Assembly: GCF_021028975.2 (NCBI RefSeq)
Contig: NC_059427.1
Coordinates: forward strand, 52,824,001-52,888,000
Reading direction: 5' to 3'
DNA length: 64,000 bases
From: Sphaerodactylus townsendi
Taxonomy: Eukaryota
In this document: positions 38,501 to 53,500 of the stretch, in pieces
How the letters are laid out: each line of letters begins with the position of its first letter
Position numbering within the stretch: the stretch's first letter is position 1
Notes under the pieces: model-generated
The model's input: the letters and a program-made list of their open reading frames with translations, nothing else
What the model was told of the DNA's origin: nothing
Database searches by the model: none
Made by a program: the position numbers and the translations under genes

Positions 38501-41500
38501 GTTAAGACTTAATATCAAAAAGGTGGCAGAACTATCTTTGAAGTAGTTCCTGGGGCAAGTTGACAGGAGCCAGAGAGATTCCCGTTCAGGCTGACTCAGT
38601 GCAAAGGTACAATACAATAAATTCTTAGGGTAATATTGGTAGGAGCACAATATAACTTGGAAATGAGAGCAGGATGAGTAGGATGTAGGCTTTTGCCTAC
38701 AGGCTATTTCCAGATTCATTGTTTCATAAAACATTCATGATATAATTTGTGAGTGTGTGTAAAGTGCTATCAAGTCAGAGCCGACTTATGGTGGCCCTAG
38801 CAATGGGCTAGTGAGAAGCAGATGTGGCTTGCCAGTAGCTTCCTCTGCAGAGTCTTCTTTGGCAGATTCCCTCCCAAGTACTACCCCGCTTAGCTTCCAG
38901 GATCTGACAAGATTGGACTATGCCGTGCCATTTTCCCTTTCAAATAACATTTATGCTTACCTAATCAAAAATGTTAGCTTGTACAAAGTTACAGCTTTTA
39001 ATATATTCATACCACTGGAGGAGGTGAAATCTGCCACACATTTGTACAGCTCTGGATTAGCTTGTGTGATAAACTTGTTGGTTGGTCTTGACAAAATAGT
39101 AAAGTGATAAATATATTGTCAAAGGCTTTCAGGGCCAGAATCACTGGAATGTTGTGGTTTTTCCGGGTTGTATGGCCATGTTCCAGTCGAACCAGGGGGC
39201 ATACATTGAAGATGCTGGGGCCTGGGGGGAAGAGTTAGGACTAGTAAAAGGAAACATTTCTTCACGCAACGCATGATTGGTGTTTGGAATATGCTGTCAC
39301 AGGAGGTGATGATGGTCACTAACCTGGATAGCTTTAAAAGGGGCAGGAGGAGAAATTGGTCTATGGCTAACAATCTTGATCCTCCTTGAACTGAGGTTGC
39401 AAATGCCTTAGCAGACCAGGTGCTCGGGAGCAGCAGCAGCGGCAGGCCATTGCTTTCACATCCTGCATGGGAGCTCCCAAAGGTACATGGTGGGCCACTG
39501 CGAGTAGCAGAGTGCTGGACTAGATGGACTCTGGTCTGATCCAGCAGGCTCTTTCTTATGTTCTTAGTATTTTCTTCTGATGTTTCACCTGCATCTGTGG
39601 CTGACCAAAGTGATAAATAGTTGTTATACAAGTAGGGGCCCACAAAACATGTGGTGGAATTCCCTCCATCCCATTGCTGAGGCTGTCTCCTCCAGTCCCA
39701 CTCTCTAGGCAGCTGTCAGCTTCTCCACCAGTTCATAGAAGCTGCCTCTGGCAGGGGATGCTGGCAGCCCTCAATGATAGGTGTGTTCTCTGCACATGTG
39801 CGTAGAACACTTTTTTTTAGTTTTGGGGGGATTAAACCCCTAAGTCTTATTTAGTTCCAGATTTTTCTGCAGACCTAGAGGGTTCCCTTAAAACATCTGT
39901 TTAGGGAGACTGTGCCCCCCCCCCTTGGACAGTGTTCTATATATATATTCTATATATCTATAGAATTAGATATATAAATTACTAGACAATAGACTATTGT
40001 ACCATATGTTTATTGTATACATTAGTTTAGAAGAAGAAGAGTTTGGATTTATATCCCCCCTTTCCCTCCTGTAGGAGACTCAAAGGGGCTTACAATCTCC
40101 TTGCCCTTCCCCTCTCACAACAAACATCCTGTGAGGTAGGTGGGGCTGAGAGAGCTCCGAAAAGCTGTGACTAGCCCAAGGTCACCAAGCTGGCATGTGT
40201 GGGAGTGCACAGGCTAATCTGAATTCCCCAGATAAGCCTCCACAGCTCAGGTGGCAGAGTGGAGAATCAAACCCAGTTCCTCCAGATTAGAATGCACCTG
40301 CTCTTAACCACAATGCCACTGCAGCTCCCTGGATATTCACCATCGGAGAAGCTATTTTTGTATTGCTTAGTGTTGCTTACTGCTAAATATATTTCATTGT
40401 TGTTATTAAAGTGTACTTGTTTATTTTACTGACAGATTTTTTAACCTTGCTCATAAAACATATTTTATTTCATTGTGTTGGGTTTTGATGTCATCCCCCT
40501 CCCCTTTCCACTTATCTATTCCTTAGGCTATTGTGTGAAACAGGATGCTGGACTAGATGCATCACTGGTTTAATCCAGCTGGGCTCTTCTTAAGTCTTTA
40601 TGATATAAAGAAAAATGTACTTAAATTTTGGCTGTCTGGCAATGATTCACATTTTCTTTCCTGTGTACTTTAGGCTCTCTCATTACAAGAGTTCTGATAA
40701 TGGGCATGAACACTTCCTCTGAGCCGTTAGTCGTTTATCTGAATTGCAACCTGTGTCATTCTTCTTCCTGGCGTTAGGCACCTTGGGGTTGATTTTCTGT
40801 GTCCTTGGCCACAGCATCTGGTTTTCAAGAGTCCCAACACATTGTGTGGAACATGGCTCAGCCACCTTTTAAAGCTTTTTTTTAAAATAGTGGACTGTTT
40901 GTGGATGTCATTTTAGGCAGTACAGTCCTAACATTCTAAACTCTGATTGGATAGCACTGATTATGTTTCCCAGGTTTCTTTTCATCTTGATGCTGTGGTT
41001 GTTGCTTCTATAAATTTTGTTTTTTTTACTTTGTGAGTTGCCTTCAACAAGTCTCTGAAGAGGTAGCCTATAGATTTTTAAAATAAATATATGAATGGAT
41101 GCCAACATCTATCTTTCTTTTGCCTAGGTTTGGCCTATGCACTTCTTGCAGGGCTGCCTCCTGTCACTGGCTTGTATTCATCCTTTTATCCTGTTCTACT
41201 GTATTTCTTCTTCGGGACGTCTAGACACATCTCTGTAGGTGAGCAGGGAATGGGGAAAGTGGGGCTTGGAGCATGGGCGGAGCGAGGGGGAACTGCACCC
41301 AGGGCACATGTTCACGCTGCGCCCCTGCCATGCCCCCGTCATGCCCCGGAACACCCCTGCCACCTCCCAGAACACCTCCACCACACCCCGGAACGCCTTG
41401 CCATGCCCCCACAACAGAGCACGCCCGGTGCATCACGCGCACCCCTGTCCCCTTGGCGCTACGCCACTGGCTTGGAGGGATTGTGTATTCCTGTACTATT

Positions 41501-44500
41501 TAGGGTGTTTGTTGCACTAGAGACCACAATCTCAAGTTTACAAACTTTACAATGCTTGTTGGCCCTTCTCATTTAGTATGAGGGGTCTAATCCACTTTTC
41601 CAAAGTACTTTCAAAGACCCGATTATCCTGGGATCTTCTGTCTCTGGCTTCACAATGGATGATAGCTGATCTTTATCATGAGCTACAATCTTTTCAGCTC
41701 ATGCCTATGATTCTGATAGGTATAGATAAGCAAAGCCTGCTGCACGCTATGACAACTGCTTTTCACAGAGATACCAGATCAGGCAGATACTTGACCTGTT
41801 GATTCAAGCCTCTATCTCCTTCCTGCAGGCCCCTTTGCAGTCATCTCTGTGATGATCGGGAGCGTGACAGATTCACTGGAACCAAGCAGCAAGTATTTGG
41901 TAACCAACAATGTTACAAATGAAACAACCATCAATTCTGATGAAAGGGATGCTGCCAGGGTACAGTTGGTGGCTGCGCTCACCTTCTTGGTGGGCATATT
42001 TCAGGTGAGGATCAGGATCCAATACACTTTTCAGAAGAATAGAACCAGCATCCAAAAGATACTGATGGAATATTCTGGAATATCCTTTGATTTCAAAGAC
42101 TGTGCCATTCCCATCACACCAGAACTGAATAATTGACAGGGACTGCAGAAGAACTTTTCACTTCTGGCCTTCAATCTAATAAGACACAGTCAAAAACCAG
42201 AAAGCGCTTCAAACAATTAGTCATGTTACAGTGAAAGGCTTCTCTGGCACTCTTGCCCCAGTAGTGATCACAATGGGCTGCAGTGTACATTCTGCAGCTG
42301 AGTAGATTTATTTTTTTCCTTAACTTCATTTATAAGAACCCACTTTTCTCCCCAGTGATGGCCGCAAGCAGCTTACATAGTTCTCCACTTTATCTTTCCA
42401 ACAGCCCTGTGAGGTGGGTTAAGCGGAGTGTGTGTGACTGACCCAAGATCACCCAGCAATTATGTTCTGAAAGGCTGCAGATCAACATGCAAATGTGTTG
42501 CTCAGTGAATGGGTTGAATGCATGTCAGTCATGATGGACCAGTGCTTGCAACTTATCAGCGAAGAGCAGGTCTAGATCTTGCTGATGAGTTCATCCTGGG
42601 AAAGATTAGGAAAATCACCTGTTCACATGTAACCTTTCCACGTATATGAATTCACAGAATCACATACAAAAGTTGTATGACAGAATACAAGATGCTGAGT
42701 TGCACCACTAGTTCCTCTTGCCCAATGCTATCTGCCTCAACTGGCAGCAACTCTCTAAAATCTCAGGTTAAGGTAATTCTTGGTTACCTGGGAGACATTT
42801 CAGTTAGCATAATAGTGACTGAATCTGCCTGTGTGATTCTCTGACTTAGGTCCCCGTTCTGCAGGCTCTTAAATTTAAATCTACTTTAACTCCTTTAATA
42901 TACCTAAAAGGTAAAGCACAACAACAAAACAACAGCTCAAAATAAGTTTTAGAAAACCTAAATAATACACTTTGTTAACTAGAGGAGAACAATGTTTTAT
43001 CCTTAACATGTGTGAAACCTTAAATATTCGTTTACCTTCAGAAGCCAAATGGGGTTAAAGTGCCCGTATGAGAGGGACCTTGGTCTCTGGCAAGTCTTAT
43101 TATCTTTCAAGCCACAAAATATTTGTAGTATATCTTGAGATCCACCATGTCCAGAAAATCTGATGGGGATAGGGGGTCCTGGGAGGAAATCCTTTGAATG
43201 AATCTTTGGTTTCATTCTGTTCTCCCTGCTGGCTTTTCCACCATTGTTTATCTAGATTTCAGTTTTCTGTTGTATAAAATATTATTAAAATGTGCTCTGT
43301 TGGCCTTTTTATAGATTGCCCTTGGCCTGCTGCAGTTTGGCTTTGTAGCTATCTACCTATCTGAACCCTTGGTGCGAGGCTACACCACTGCTGCTTCTGT
43401 CCAAGTACTGATCTCTCAGCTGAAGTACATCCTTGGGGTTGACGTGAAAGAGTATGCAGGCCCATTGTCAATGATCTATGTGAGTACCTGTGGTAGGTCA
43501 GGCAAGATGAAGAGAAGAGGTGGTATGTGAGCCTATAACTCTTTCAGTGGTCGATTCCACACAGCAAATGTGTAACAGGTTGCAGTCGTTATAAAGGAAC
43601 TCGTTTTCCTTTTTCCCAATCACATGTGTGCTGTGCAGGCAGAGATTGGAGCCCATGGAAACAACCTGGGTTGCTTTCATGCCTTCACATGGAGACGCTT
43701 CCCTTTTTAAAAAAAAATTCCCTCAACACTTGCTTAGCTGCTCAGGCATGCATAAAGGAATCCCCACATCCATGCTGATCGTCCCACGATATGATTGACT
43801 GCACGTGTGTGGTTGTGCATGTGCAACACGCAAAATGAAAAAAGGGTCTCCCTACAATGGGAGGGCAGTGGCAGGCGGATTCTCCCTGACTTGACGGCGT
43901 GATGGAAGAGAGGGAGATAAAGCGCCTCCTGCCTGGCCATTCAGGTGGGAGTGGCTCCAACCTGGGATTTTGCAAAAGGTTCATTGGTTTAGCATTTTTT
44001 GCTCATAGTACATTTCACAGAGATCACAAAGAGTGTGAAGACCCTCAATCCAAATTTGCTTCTCTCCAGCTGTAACTATTTTGAAATCAGAAAGCAAGCA
44101 GTAGGTTATCAGCAGAGGATGAGATGTTAACAGCACAGAGTTGTACCAAAGCATCATTTCTGTTTTGTGTTGCTTCTATTTCCCAAGAGCTCTGCTGAAC
44201 TGAGAATCTTGTAGATAGACCGGGTACTGCAAAGTACAGCATGACTTAAGCTTAGCCATGTACCTATCTTGATGTGTACTAGAACAGGCTTCCAGAAACA
44301 GGGAAAACAGCCTTCCTGGGGGGAAGGTTAACCTCAATATGCTCCTCATGCATAGATAACTTCCTCTGCCTTGTTCTTTCTCTACAGACCTTTCTGGAAA
44401 TCTGCAAACGAGTGCCAAAAACCAATATAGGCACCTTGGTCACTTCACTGGTTGCCATGGTTTGCATTCTGCTGGTGAAGATGCTCAATGATAGATTTGC

Positions 44501-47500
44501 CAAGAGGATTCCATTGCCTATCCCCGTTGAACTGCTCACGGTAATGCAGGGTAGCAGGGCGAAAGTCGGAGCCTTTATGTTAAAGAAAGAATTATTTGCA
44601 GTTGTCTGTGTACATTGTGGAATTTTGTCCCTCTGATGGGGTTGTTGCTTTAAAACAAGTACATGGCAACCCAAAGTCTCTTTAACTGTTCTAAAGCAAC
44701 ACATTAACCATTAAGTCAAAAGGCTGTGTGATGAAAGATCAGTCTGTCTAATGATCACTCATTACAAGTACCAGTCTTCTGACTGAAGAAAGGTTAGAAG
44801 TTTATTTATTCCAGGTCTTGGTGAAAACCTTTAATTCCAGACAGGAGTCAGTCAATGTTATATTTTAAGAACTTGATTTTTAAAATCTTTATTATTTTTA
44901 ACTAAGAAAACAAGAAACACAATTATACTGGGAATACTAGCATATGTGAATGAGTCTGGAAGTTAACAGGTCTATTCTTCCTTGCTGAAATTGGAGAATA
45001 AAATGCAATTTCTAATATTCTTACCAAAAACCTTCACAGAAGAGATGATGTAGCCTTTCTGAAACCCACATTTGAGAGATTTGGGGGTTTAGGGCGTGGC
45101 TACTATATATAGACCCAATTATGTGAGCCTCGCATGACTTTATTAAACCATATTTGTTTCCTCTAAGGACACAATTTAAGTAAGACACCTCTGGGCATAG
45201 ATTAACATTTTCCCAAAGAATAGTTGTTTCAAATTCTGTTCCCTTTGTTCTGGAATGTATTTGGTACATAAAAGCCATTTATTTATATTATCATTTTCAA
45301 GGCTGCAAGCTGCAATTTAGCTGGTACAGTAAAGAAAACCTCTAGGCCTACTTTGTCAAACATTCTAAGCAACATACCTTTCCTTGATCATAACTCTTGG
45401 CAATTGTGCAAGGGACCCGAATTTTCTTTCCTGGAAATTGGGAGATTCTACACAGCAATGTTCTTTGCATTTAGATAGCCTCTCCCCCCACCCAATTAGT
45501 GCTGGCCGTTGGTGTAGAGTTAACACAAGGAGTCTGCTCTGAAGGTGGTCAGGCTTCAACTTAATTCTGGCTCATTGGAGATGATCATCTATCTACACAG
45601 GATATGCAGCCTTTTTGGTTCAAGTGCTGAAATCATGCAGTATCCATCTGTGAGGATGCTGGTGTGAAGCAAACAAGGGAGGGGGAGAGGGTGGGGGGAA
45701 TCCTTGGCCAGATACACTTGAGGAAGCCAAGTCCCAGTGATGCTGGTGGCACCCTGCCTTTGCCTGTGCCCTTTTTCAACAGCATTGAAAACTGAGAGGC
45801 TTACCATGTAACAGAGATGCCTTATGTCACCCTGTCTCCTCTTTTCAGATTATCATCTCCACAGGGATCTCCTATGGTGCTAAACTGAATGCAAATTTTG
45901 GGGTTAGCGTTGTAGGTGACATCCCCAGTGGGTGAGTACCTCTTCCTGTTTCTTACCCCTCCCACTTCCGCTCCATCCCTTTTGTGGAGATGCTTTGCAA
46001 AACCATCTTGTTTCCAGATTGATGTGAGGCTCTTTCAGTTTTACTCTGGGCCCTGGATTTCTCCTCCTTGGCTTTGCCTTTCTTATGTCAGAAATCAAAA
46101 TCTCTTGTTGAAGCTCAGCTTTTTCTTTCATTACAGGATGAGACCCCCTGAAGCCCCCAATATAGACTATTTTGGGCAGATTGTAGGCAATGCTTTTGCC
46201 ATCGCTATGGTTAGTTATGTCATTTGTATCTCACTCGGCAAGATCTTTGCCCTCAGACATGGCTATACTGTGGACAGCAACCAGGTAAAAAGTCCTTGTT
46301 TCTATTATTATTCTCATTTCATAAAATAAAGGAGACGCACTGGGGAAGAACTTAAGAGGGCCACTTTTATTCACATGAATTGGCTGTTTACAGATGCAGT
46401 TAGAATGTGGCATTTGTTGCATTTTGGCTTGTGCTTGCTTATCAGAAACTTATGAATAAGATATGAATGGAAGGATTTATGAGTGGGATTTTGCTTAAGC
46501 AGTGTGAGTCAGCACTGCAAATGCAAGGAGTGTAGCAATTAAGATCATGCAGATATTTGATAGTGAGAAAAAGGGGGTCACAAAATCTGTCCTCACTCCT
46601 GATATCCAAGTGTGGATTTGACTGTCTACACAGATCCTATCAACTCCATGTCTTTAGGGTTCTCTCTATGCAACCAGAAAACAGTTTCCTAGTGGCACTG
46701 AGAGATGCACACCTGCATAGGTTATGCACAAGTGGGCATTGCGCAGAGAATAAACACATGGAAGTCCAGAGGATGGCAGTAAATATTATCATATCTCTCC
46801 CATCCATTCAAAGTCATATTTACATAATCCTTTGAGTGACTGTAACACTGAGAGTTGTTTGACTTTTAAAGCTGAAGGCTCACACTATTGCAACACTATT
46901 TATTATTCACTCTAATCATTAAGTTTCATTTATTATAGATCATCTGGTTTTTTCTATCTAGTATTCTAAAGCTGTGATGAAAACTTTGAGTAATGCTTTT
47001 CCTTATTTATAATGTGGATTGATTTGTAGATGCTTATGCTTAGTGCACTGGGAATTTCATTTGATTTGATATTTGGGTGCTTAAGGTAAAACATAAGTGG
47101 CTTTTTAGCTCTGAGAGTATCTGTGTTTTGGACTTGTCAATCTCTGAGAGATCCAGGCCTCTGAACTTGGGCTAACCGACCTATATAAATTTGCATCCCT
47201 TTTCTATGGGGAATCTCTTGCAGGAACTGATCGCGTTGGGGCTCAGTAACTTTGTGGGTGCCTTCTTCCAATGTTTCAGCATCAGCTGCTCTATGTCCCG
47301 CACCCTAGTGCAGGAGAGCACGGGAGGCAATAGCCAGGTAAGCCCCAGGTAGACATGCATTTTTTCCCCTGGTGAAAGCAGACATCAGAGTATAGGAGGG
47401 TCAGGATGAGGGAATGTGTTGGTGAGTTTGTGTGTCTCAGCTGACTTATGGCAACCCCTTAGGGTGTTCAAGGCAATTGAGAAGCAGAGATAGTTTTGCA

Positions 47501-50500
47501 TCTGCAAAGTATTCCTTGGTGGTTTCCCATTCAAGTACCAACCCTGCTTACTTCCAAAATCTGGCAAGATCGAGCTATACTATACCATTTCACATCTATC
47601 AGACAGTTTGCTTGACCATTATTTGCTTATCAGACTAGTAAGCCTCAGAGTGTTATATCAGAGAGTTAAATTGGGAAATAGTTAAAGGTCACTGTAACGA
47701 ACAAACTGAGTCCAGGCAAAGTAACTTCAAAAAAGTTCTTTATTCACTGGTTAAGATGATTCGAAAGCAAGGCAGGATAACTCTGGCTCCGCAGAGTTAC
47801 AGCAAGAATACAAAAGCAGAAATACTTTTCCTCAGATAAAAAAACAAGACATATTCTCACAGTCAGTAGTCATAGAAAGATAGCAGACAGTCTTAGATAA
47901 TATGTCCCAGCCGGAACTCTAGGCAGCCTGCTAAAAGGAGTTTTAGGTGTGAACCGGACTGGGAACCAAGGACACAACACACAATACACAAGTTACACTT
48001 GACAGTCACAGTGGAACACATTTGAAGACTGCAATTTCAAATCTTCACCTCTCTCCCTGCACTCAGTTATCTCTATTTTGTTGTCTGCAGGTAGCTGCAT
48101 TGGTTTCTTGCATCATCATTCTTGTGACCATCTTGAAGATTGGCGAGCTTTTCTATGAACTTCCCAAAGTATGTTTAATATTCTATCTTTGCTTCCTTTC
48201 ATTTGTTGGAGGAATTAGTATAGTACTCTGCATGCATTATATGAGACATCACAATCTTATATATCCTGTGAAAGACAAGAACAACCCATATCTGTGAACT
48301 GAAAGGCAGTTTATAAGTTAATGAGCAAACATCTCTTTTAAGGCTTCCCGGCTCACAGATCAAAGGTCTTCCCTTAAAGTTAAGCAAAGGCTGTTAAGTT
48401 ATTGTCTGAGAAAGAATTGCTATGGTACTTGGAATAACTCATGCTCTAAATCTTCCTATCCATGGTGTTTCTTTTCAGGCCATTTTAGCTGCCATTATTC
48501 TTGTTAACCTGAAGGGCATGTTCAGACAGTTCAAAGATATTCCTGAACTTTGGAGATCCAACTTTGTTGACCTGGTAAGGAAAAGGGGATGGGACTAAGA
48601 AGAAAGGGGAGCCAAATTGTTTGCTGCCTTCATTCTAGCACATTCTGGAACTGCATGATTTTGCTCAAACCAGACATCTAGCATACATCAGGAAAAAATA
48701 TTCCAGTAAATTCAGATTATTTGCTAACAAAACTGATAGGCGTTGTATGATTAAACACCGCCTCCTAGGGGAAGAAACTTAATAGAACAGCAAAGAAATG
48801 ACCATACAAGTATAATATGATAGTTGGTTATGTATGGGAGGGTTTTTTCATTATTAAAAGGAAGCATTCAAATATGTAATTTCTGCTGCTCTGATTGGTA
48901 AATAACCTGGATCTACTTCAGTATTTCTCCAGATGCCTCATTTGTTATGCCAGAGTCTGATTTTCCCCAGGGAATGCCCTGTCAGAATTATAACTGTGAC
49001 CTATAGCTAGTTTTTTAGCCTTCAGAATCTAGTGGAGGAGGCCCAGTTTGCATTGCCTGAGCCACAGCCTGTGCAAAAGCCTAGAATACATCCATTTGTA
49101 TGTGCTGGTGCAGTGGATGGCTAATTTAGCTCAAAACATATCTATGGTGTAATTCAGTGAGTTTTCCTCAAGTCGTTCTGACTTCAGGACTCCTCTGGAA
49201 TTTTATTATAATCACATGATGTCTTTGCTGTCTGTTCCCCTCCCCCTCCACCCCCACCCCGCAGCTGATCTGGCTTGTAACCTTCATAGCCACCATCGTG
49301 CTCAACCTTGACATGGGGCTGGGGGTCGCTGTGGCCTTTTCACTTCTCACTGTCATCTTCCGGACCCAGATGTGAGTATTCCCTTGGTTTTAGAGGGAGA
49401 AAAAAGCCTTAGCAGTTGTCATCTGCTCAGCATGGGCTAGGTGAACCAACAGTGGTCGGAAGAAAGAATGGGAACATCTGTGTATCACTTGGTCAAAAGT
49501 TATCTTGCCAAGTGTGGAGGATGTAACTGTCTCCTCAAGCACCACATCCAATTCTTAACACTGGTGCAAGTGTAAGAGAGCAGTACAACTACATGGCAGT
49601 ACAGCTGTACAGGATGCCCAGCAGTGGGGCTACTGAATGATTTTACAGTATAGTAATACCGTTACAAGGGAGATACTGTGGTGTGCTTCTCCATGAGTGC
49701 TCATGCCGTTGTGCTACTGGGGAAATTGGAAAAACATATGCTGCTGCTTATGAACACCTGTCCTCCAAACAATAAATCTTGGGAAGATCAGAGGAATAGT
49801 ATACCTCCTTTCTTCTAGCAGCCCTTTAATATGAAATCTTGGATAGAATTGCTAGCTTCTGTGCCATTGCCAGAATCTACGATGGTATAGTGCTGATTTA
49901 GGGATACATATTTGCTTCTTTTATGCTTCTTAATGCAAGGTTGTATATATATATTCTTTAGGATGTGGAATAGTTTAATGTGGCCCATCTTGTCAGATCT
50001 GAGAAGCCAAGCAGGGCTGGTCCTGGCATATGAGACCATCAAGGCTGACTTTGCAGGGGGATGCAAAAGCCTGCCACCTCTGCTTCTCGCTTGCCTTGAA
50101 AGTTGGAGTCACCATAAGTTGGTTCCAACATGACAATACACTATATATTTGGATAAGCTCATCCATGCATTACAGCTTCTCAGTTGCCTTGAAAACCCCT
50201 TACTGGGGTTGCCATAAGTTGGTTCCAACATGATAGCATGATTTAGGTAAACCCATCCCCTGCAACACAACATCATTGGTATGGACAGATAGTAGCATTG
50301 CATTGTGACAGCATGTGTGTTTTTAAAATTGTTGGTTGTTCTTGCGCTGTGGTATCAATGTAACATCACACCAATCCAAGTGATATAATATTTTGCTTGC
50401 TATTAAGACTGGAGGAACCTTTGCTAATTTTTTCTCGCTTTCTGTGTTCCGCAAGGGCCCAGTATTCCATCTTGGGGCAAGTGGCCAAGACAGGCATTTA

Positions 50501-53500
50501 CAAAGATGTAGCTGAGTATGACAAGGTAAACGTGTGGTATGGAAGTGACTGAGGGGCATAACTGTGGGGGAAATTGTATATAAGGTCGTGCTTTCCAATT
50601 GGCTCAAGCAAAATGCAGTACTTTCCTCCTGTGGGGCCAAGTCAGGAGACTGTCTCTAATGATGGCAGCCTCAACAACAAAAGATTTCAAAACGTCCCCA
50701 GGCACTCTCTTAACTGTCCTCATGACAGGCAGCAAATTCCTTCCAATGCTGTTAATAATCCAGATGCTCAGCCACTCGAAAGTTATAGCATAGTTCCAAA
50801 GTTTTCTTATCATAACAGTCTCTACTTCTTTATTTCATTTTCAAATTTCTGTCCCACCCTGTCTCCAAGAAGCAGAGGGTAATACCAAAAAGTCCCCATC
50901 AGAGGGACCCATTGTTGTTAACTCCTACTGACATAACCCTTAAAATATCTAGCTTGCGAGCCCCAAGGTGTGAGAGAGTAGGCCGGGTGTGTGGGAGTAG
51001 TACACCTCTAATTCTCCATCAAGTACACTGATAAAAAGCCTTTTGATTCAAGCCTCTGGAGCTCCCTCACCCTGCCTATGAATAACTGACTCAAGTTTAC
51101 TGGGCAGTAACTGAGGCTCCTGAGCTTGCCCAAATTCCTCAGCTCCCCAACTTGATTCAGCACCAAACTCCCTGTTACTGCAGACATAGATCCAACCTGT
51201 GGCTCTTGAAACCATTTTGGAGGACAATTTAGTCATTTAAAAATTGCAGTGGCACTAAGCAATCTTGTCTCTGCTGCCCCCCCCCCCCCACACACACACA
51301 CACACTTCCTTTCAAGTTCCTAGACAACCCCGCATGATTATTTTGGCACTTGAAAAGGTGGGGGTAAGAACAAGAGCTTCTAGTGTCGCTGCAGAGTCAG
51401 CCCAATCAAGATCAGGTCCTCGCAGCCATTTCAAAATTACTACATTTCCCCCTAAAATGAATAGGCAGGCATGGACTGTACCTGTGTCCTCTGTAATGTG
51501 TATTTGGCTCTCAATCAAGCTCCCTAGACATAACTCCCAATACTGCCCCAGCCATAGTACATCTCACTGACATACTCATTTAATTCTTTAGCTCATCCTG
51601 TCTTCATTTTTACAGCAGTCACTAGTCATATCATCCAAGTTCCCTGTGTGGGACAAGTTTAGCAGATATTTCAAATTTCTCAATTAGATTTCAAGTTTTT
51701 TCTCTAAGCCTAATCCCATTCCAGCAACACCACTGCCTCTCTGTTAATATAATTAAAAGGGAATAAAAATCACCCTCCATGCTTCCTAACTCTGTAGATG
51801 GTTTTTGGACTCAAGCCTGCTTCCCCAATCTCGTGGTTGGTTCACTTTCTGGACCCCCACAATTTGGTTGGAATCACTGAAATTCCCCATCTGAACTTTG
51901 AGACTTCATTCCTGGACTTGCTTTTCATCTTCCACCCCTGGACTCTCACTTGCTTTTCATCTTCCACCCCTGGACTCTGTTCTTTTCAGGATCGTATATG
52001 CTCTTTCTCCACTTTATTCCCCAGAACACCCACACTTATCTTCTGCTAGCTGGTCCCATTTTCTCAAACTATTCCCCCACTGGTTCATACATAGGGATGC
52101 CATTATCCAGGTGGGACCTAAGGATCCTTCAGAATTACAACTCATCTCCTATCTACAGATATCAGTTCCCCTGGAGAAAATTGATGCTTTGAAAGATGCT
52201 TTGAAAAATGGCATTGTACCCCACAGGAGTCTCTGCTCTCCCCAAACTCCACTCCCAAATTTCCAGGAAGCTTCCAACTTGGAGCTGAAAATCCTAACCC
52301 CACCCCAAATCCCCACTGGTGGCCAACAGAGACCAAGCAATCCTATTCATAGGCCGGTAGGCCTATGCAAAGGGTTTATTGTATACAACTGCTTTACTGT
52401 CTTGTTTTGCCATTCTGTATCTTTTTAGGAGAATAAAGACTTTTTTTCTCATTTAAGAGCTATTTCTCCCTCATTCTTTTGAAATGCTGTCCTGAATTGA
52501 GATCCCAATATACAAAACGCAACATTTATTGTCTAGGTGATAAGTGTTGGGTCTTACACATAATAATAGACCCAGTGAGTGTTTATATCCAGATCTCCCA
52601 GTTTAAAGCAAGCACCACATTAATTCCTCTCTATATTTTGTTTCTAGGCTGAACTGATCCCAGGTGTGACAATTTTTCAATCCTCTGCTACAGTTTATTT
52701 TGCAAATGCTGAACTGTATGCAGGAGCCCTAAAGAAGAAGGTAAGAAAGTCCTGAAGTCCCTTTAGAAACTTTCACTTCTTGTAAGGTGACTTCTAAAAT
52801 GTACTGGGCATTATTCCATTTGGAAGAAAGAGAGACAAAATCTTTGAACTACGCTGATGATCTTCCAACAGTACAGTTTTGGCTTATATAAACTTGGGCA
52901 GAGACATAAAGCTAAATTGTGATGCTGCACACCTATGATGTTGGACATTTTCAATCAGTACATTTTCACTGAGGGAAACAACTCAGAAGCAAAGAGTGAA
53001 ACCCTCAGCCCCATGGCCTTTATTGACTTCAACTGAGAGTGTGTTTTTTTTTTTCAGACAGATTACATGTCTGAGAATCCAATCACTTGTTCCCAAGGAC
53101 AGCTGCAGTTTGGTCAAAGATTAAAGCAAGAAAGGGACCTCTAGATTGTGGCTTTTGGTAACCTTACTATCATGCTCAAGGAGCACACAGGGAACATCAC
53201 TAGAGTTTTCAAAAACCTTAAGCTTCTGGAGTATAAATATCTGTCTCTTTTGCAGTGTGGCATTGATGTGGATAACCTAATTAAAAGAAAGAAAAAAGCT
53301 TTGAAGAAAGCAGAAAAGAAAGCCAAGAAGGAAATCAAGAAAAATAAGGTGCATCTATCTAGCATCTAGTGATTTTAAATCTAACCTCTCTATCCTTCAT
53401 TTCAAAACCCTGCGCAGATTCTTCAGTCTGATCCGCATGCTGGGCTCTATTTTTAGTTGTGATAATTTTATAATGCTTTTCAGCAGTTTCAGACTAGTAA

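Noticed and set aside
49970-50045. 5S rRNA gene
   Set aside because: Partial, diverged and fused to a SINE tail shared with other copies
51916-51978. 31-32 bp tandem duplication
   Set aside because: Ordinary two-copy slippage duplication in an intron; not an array
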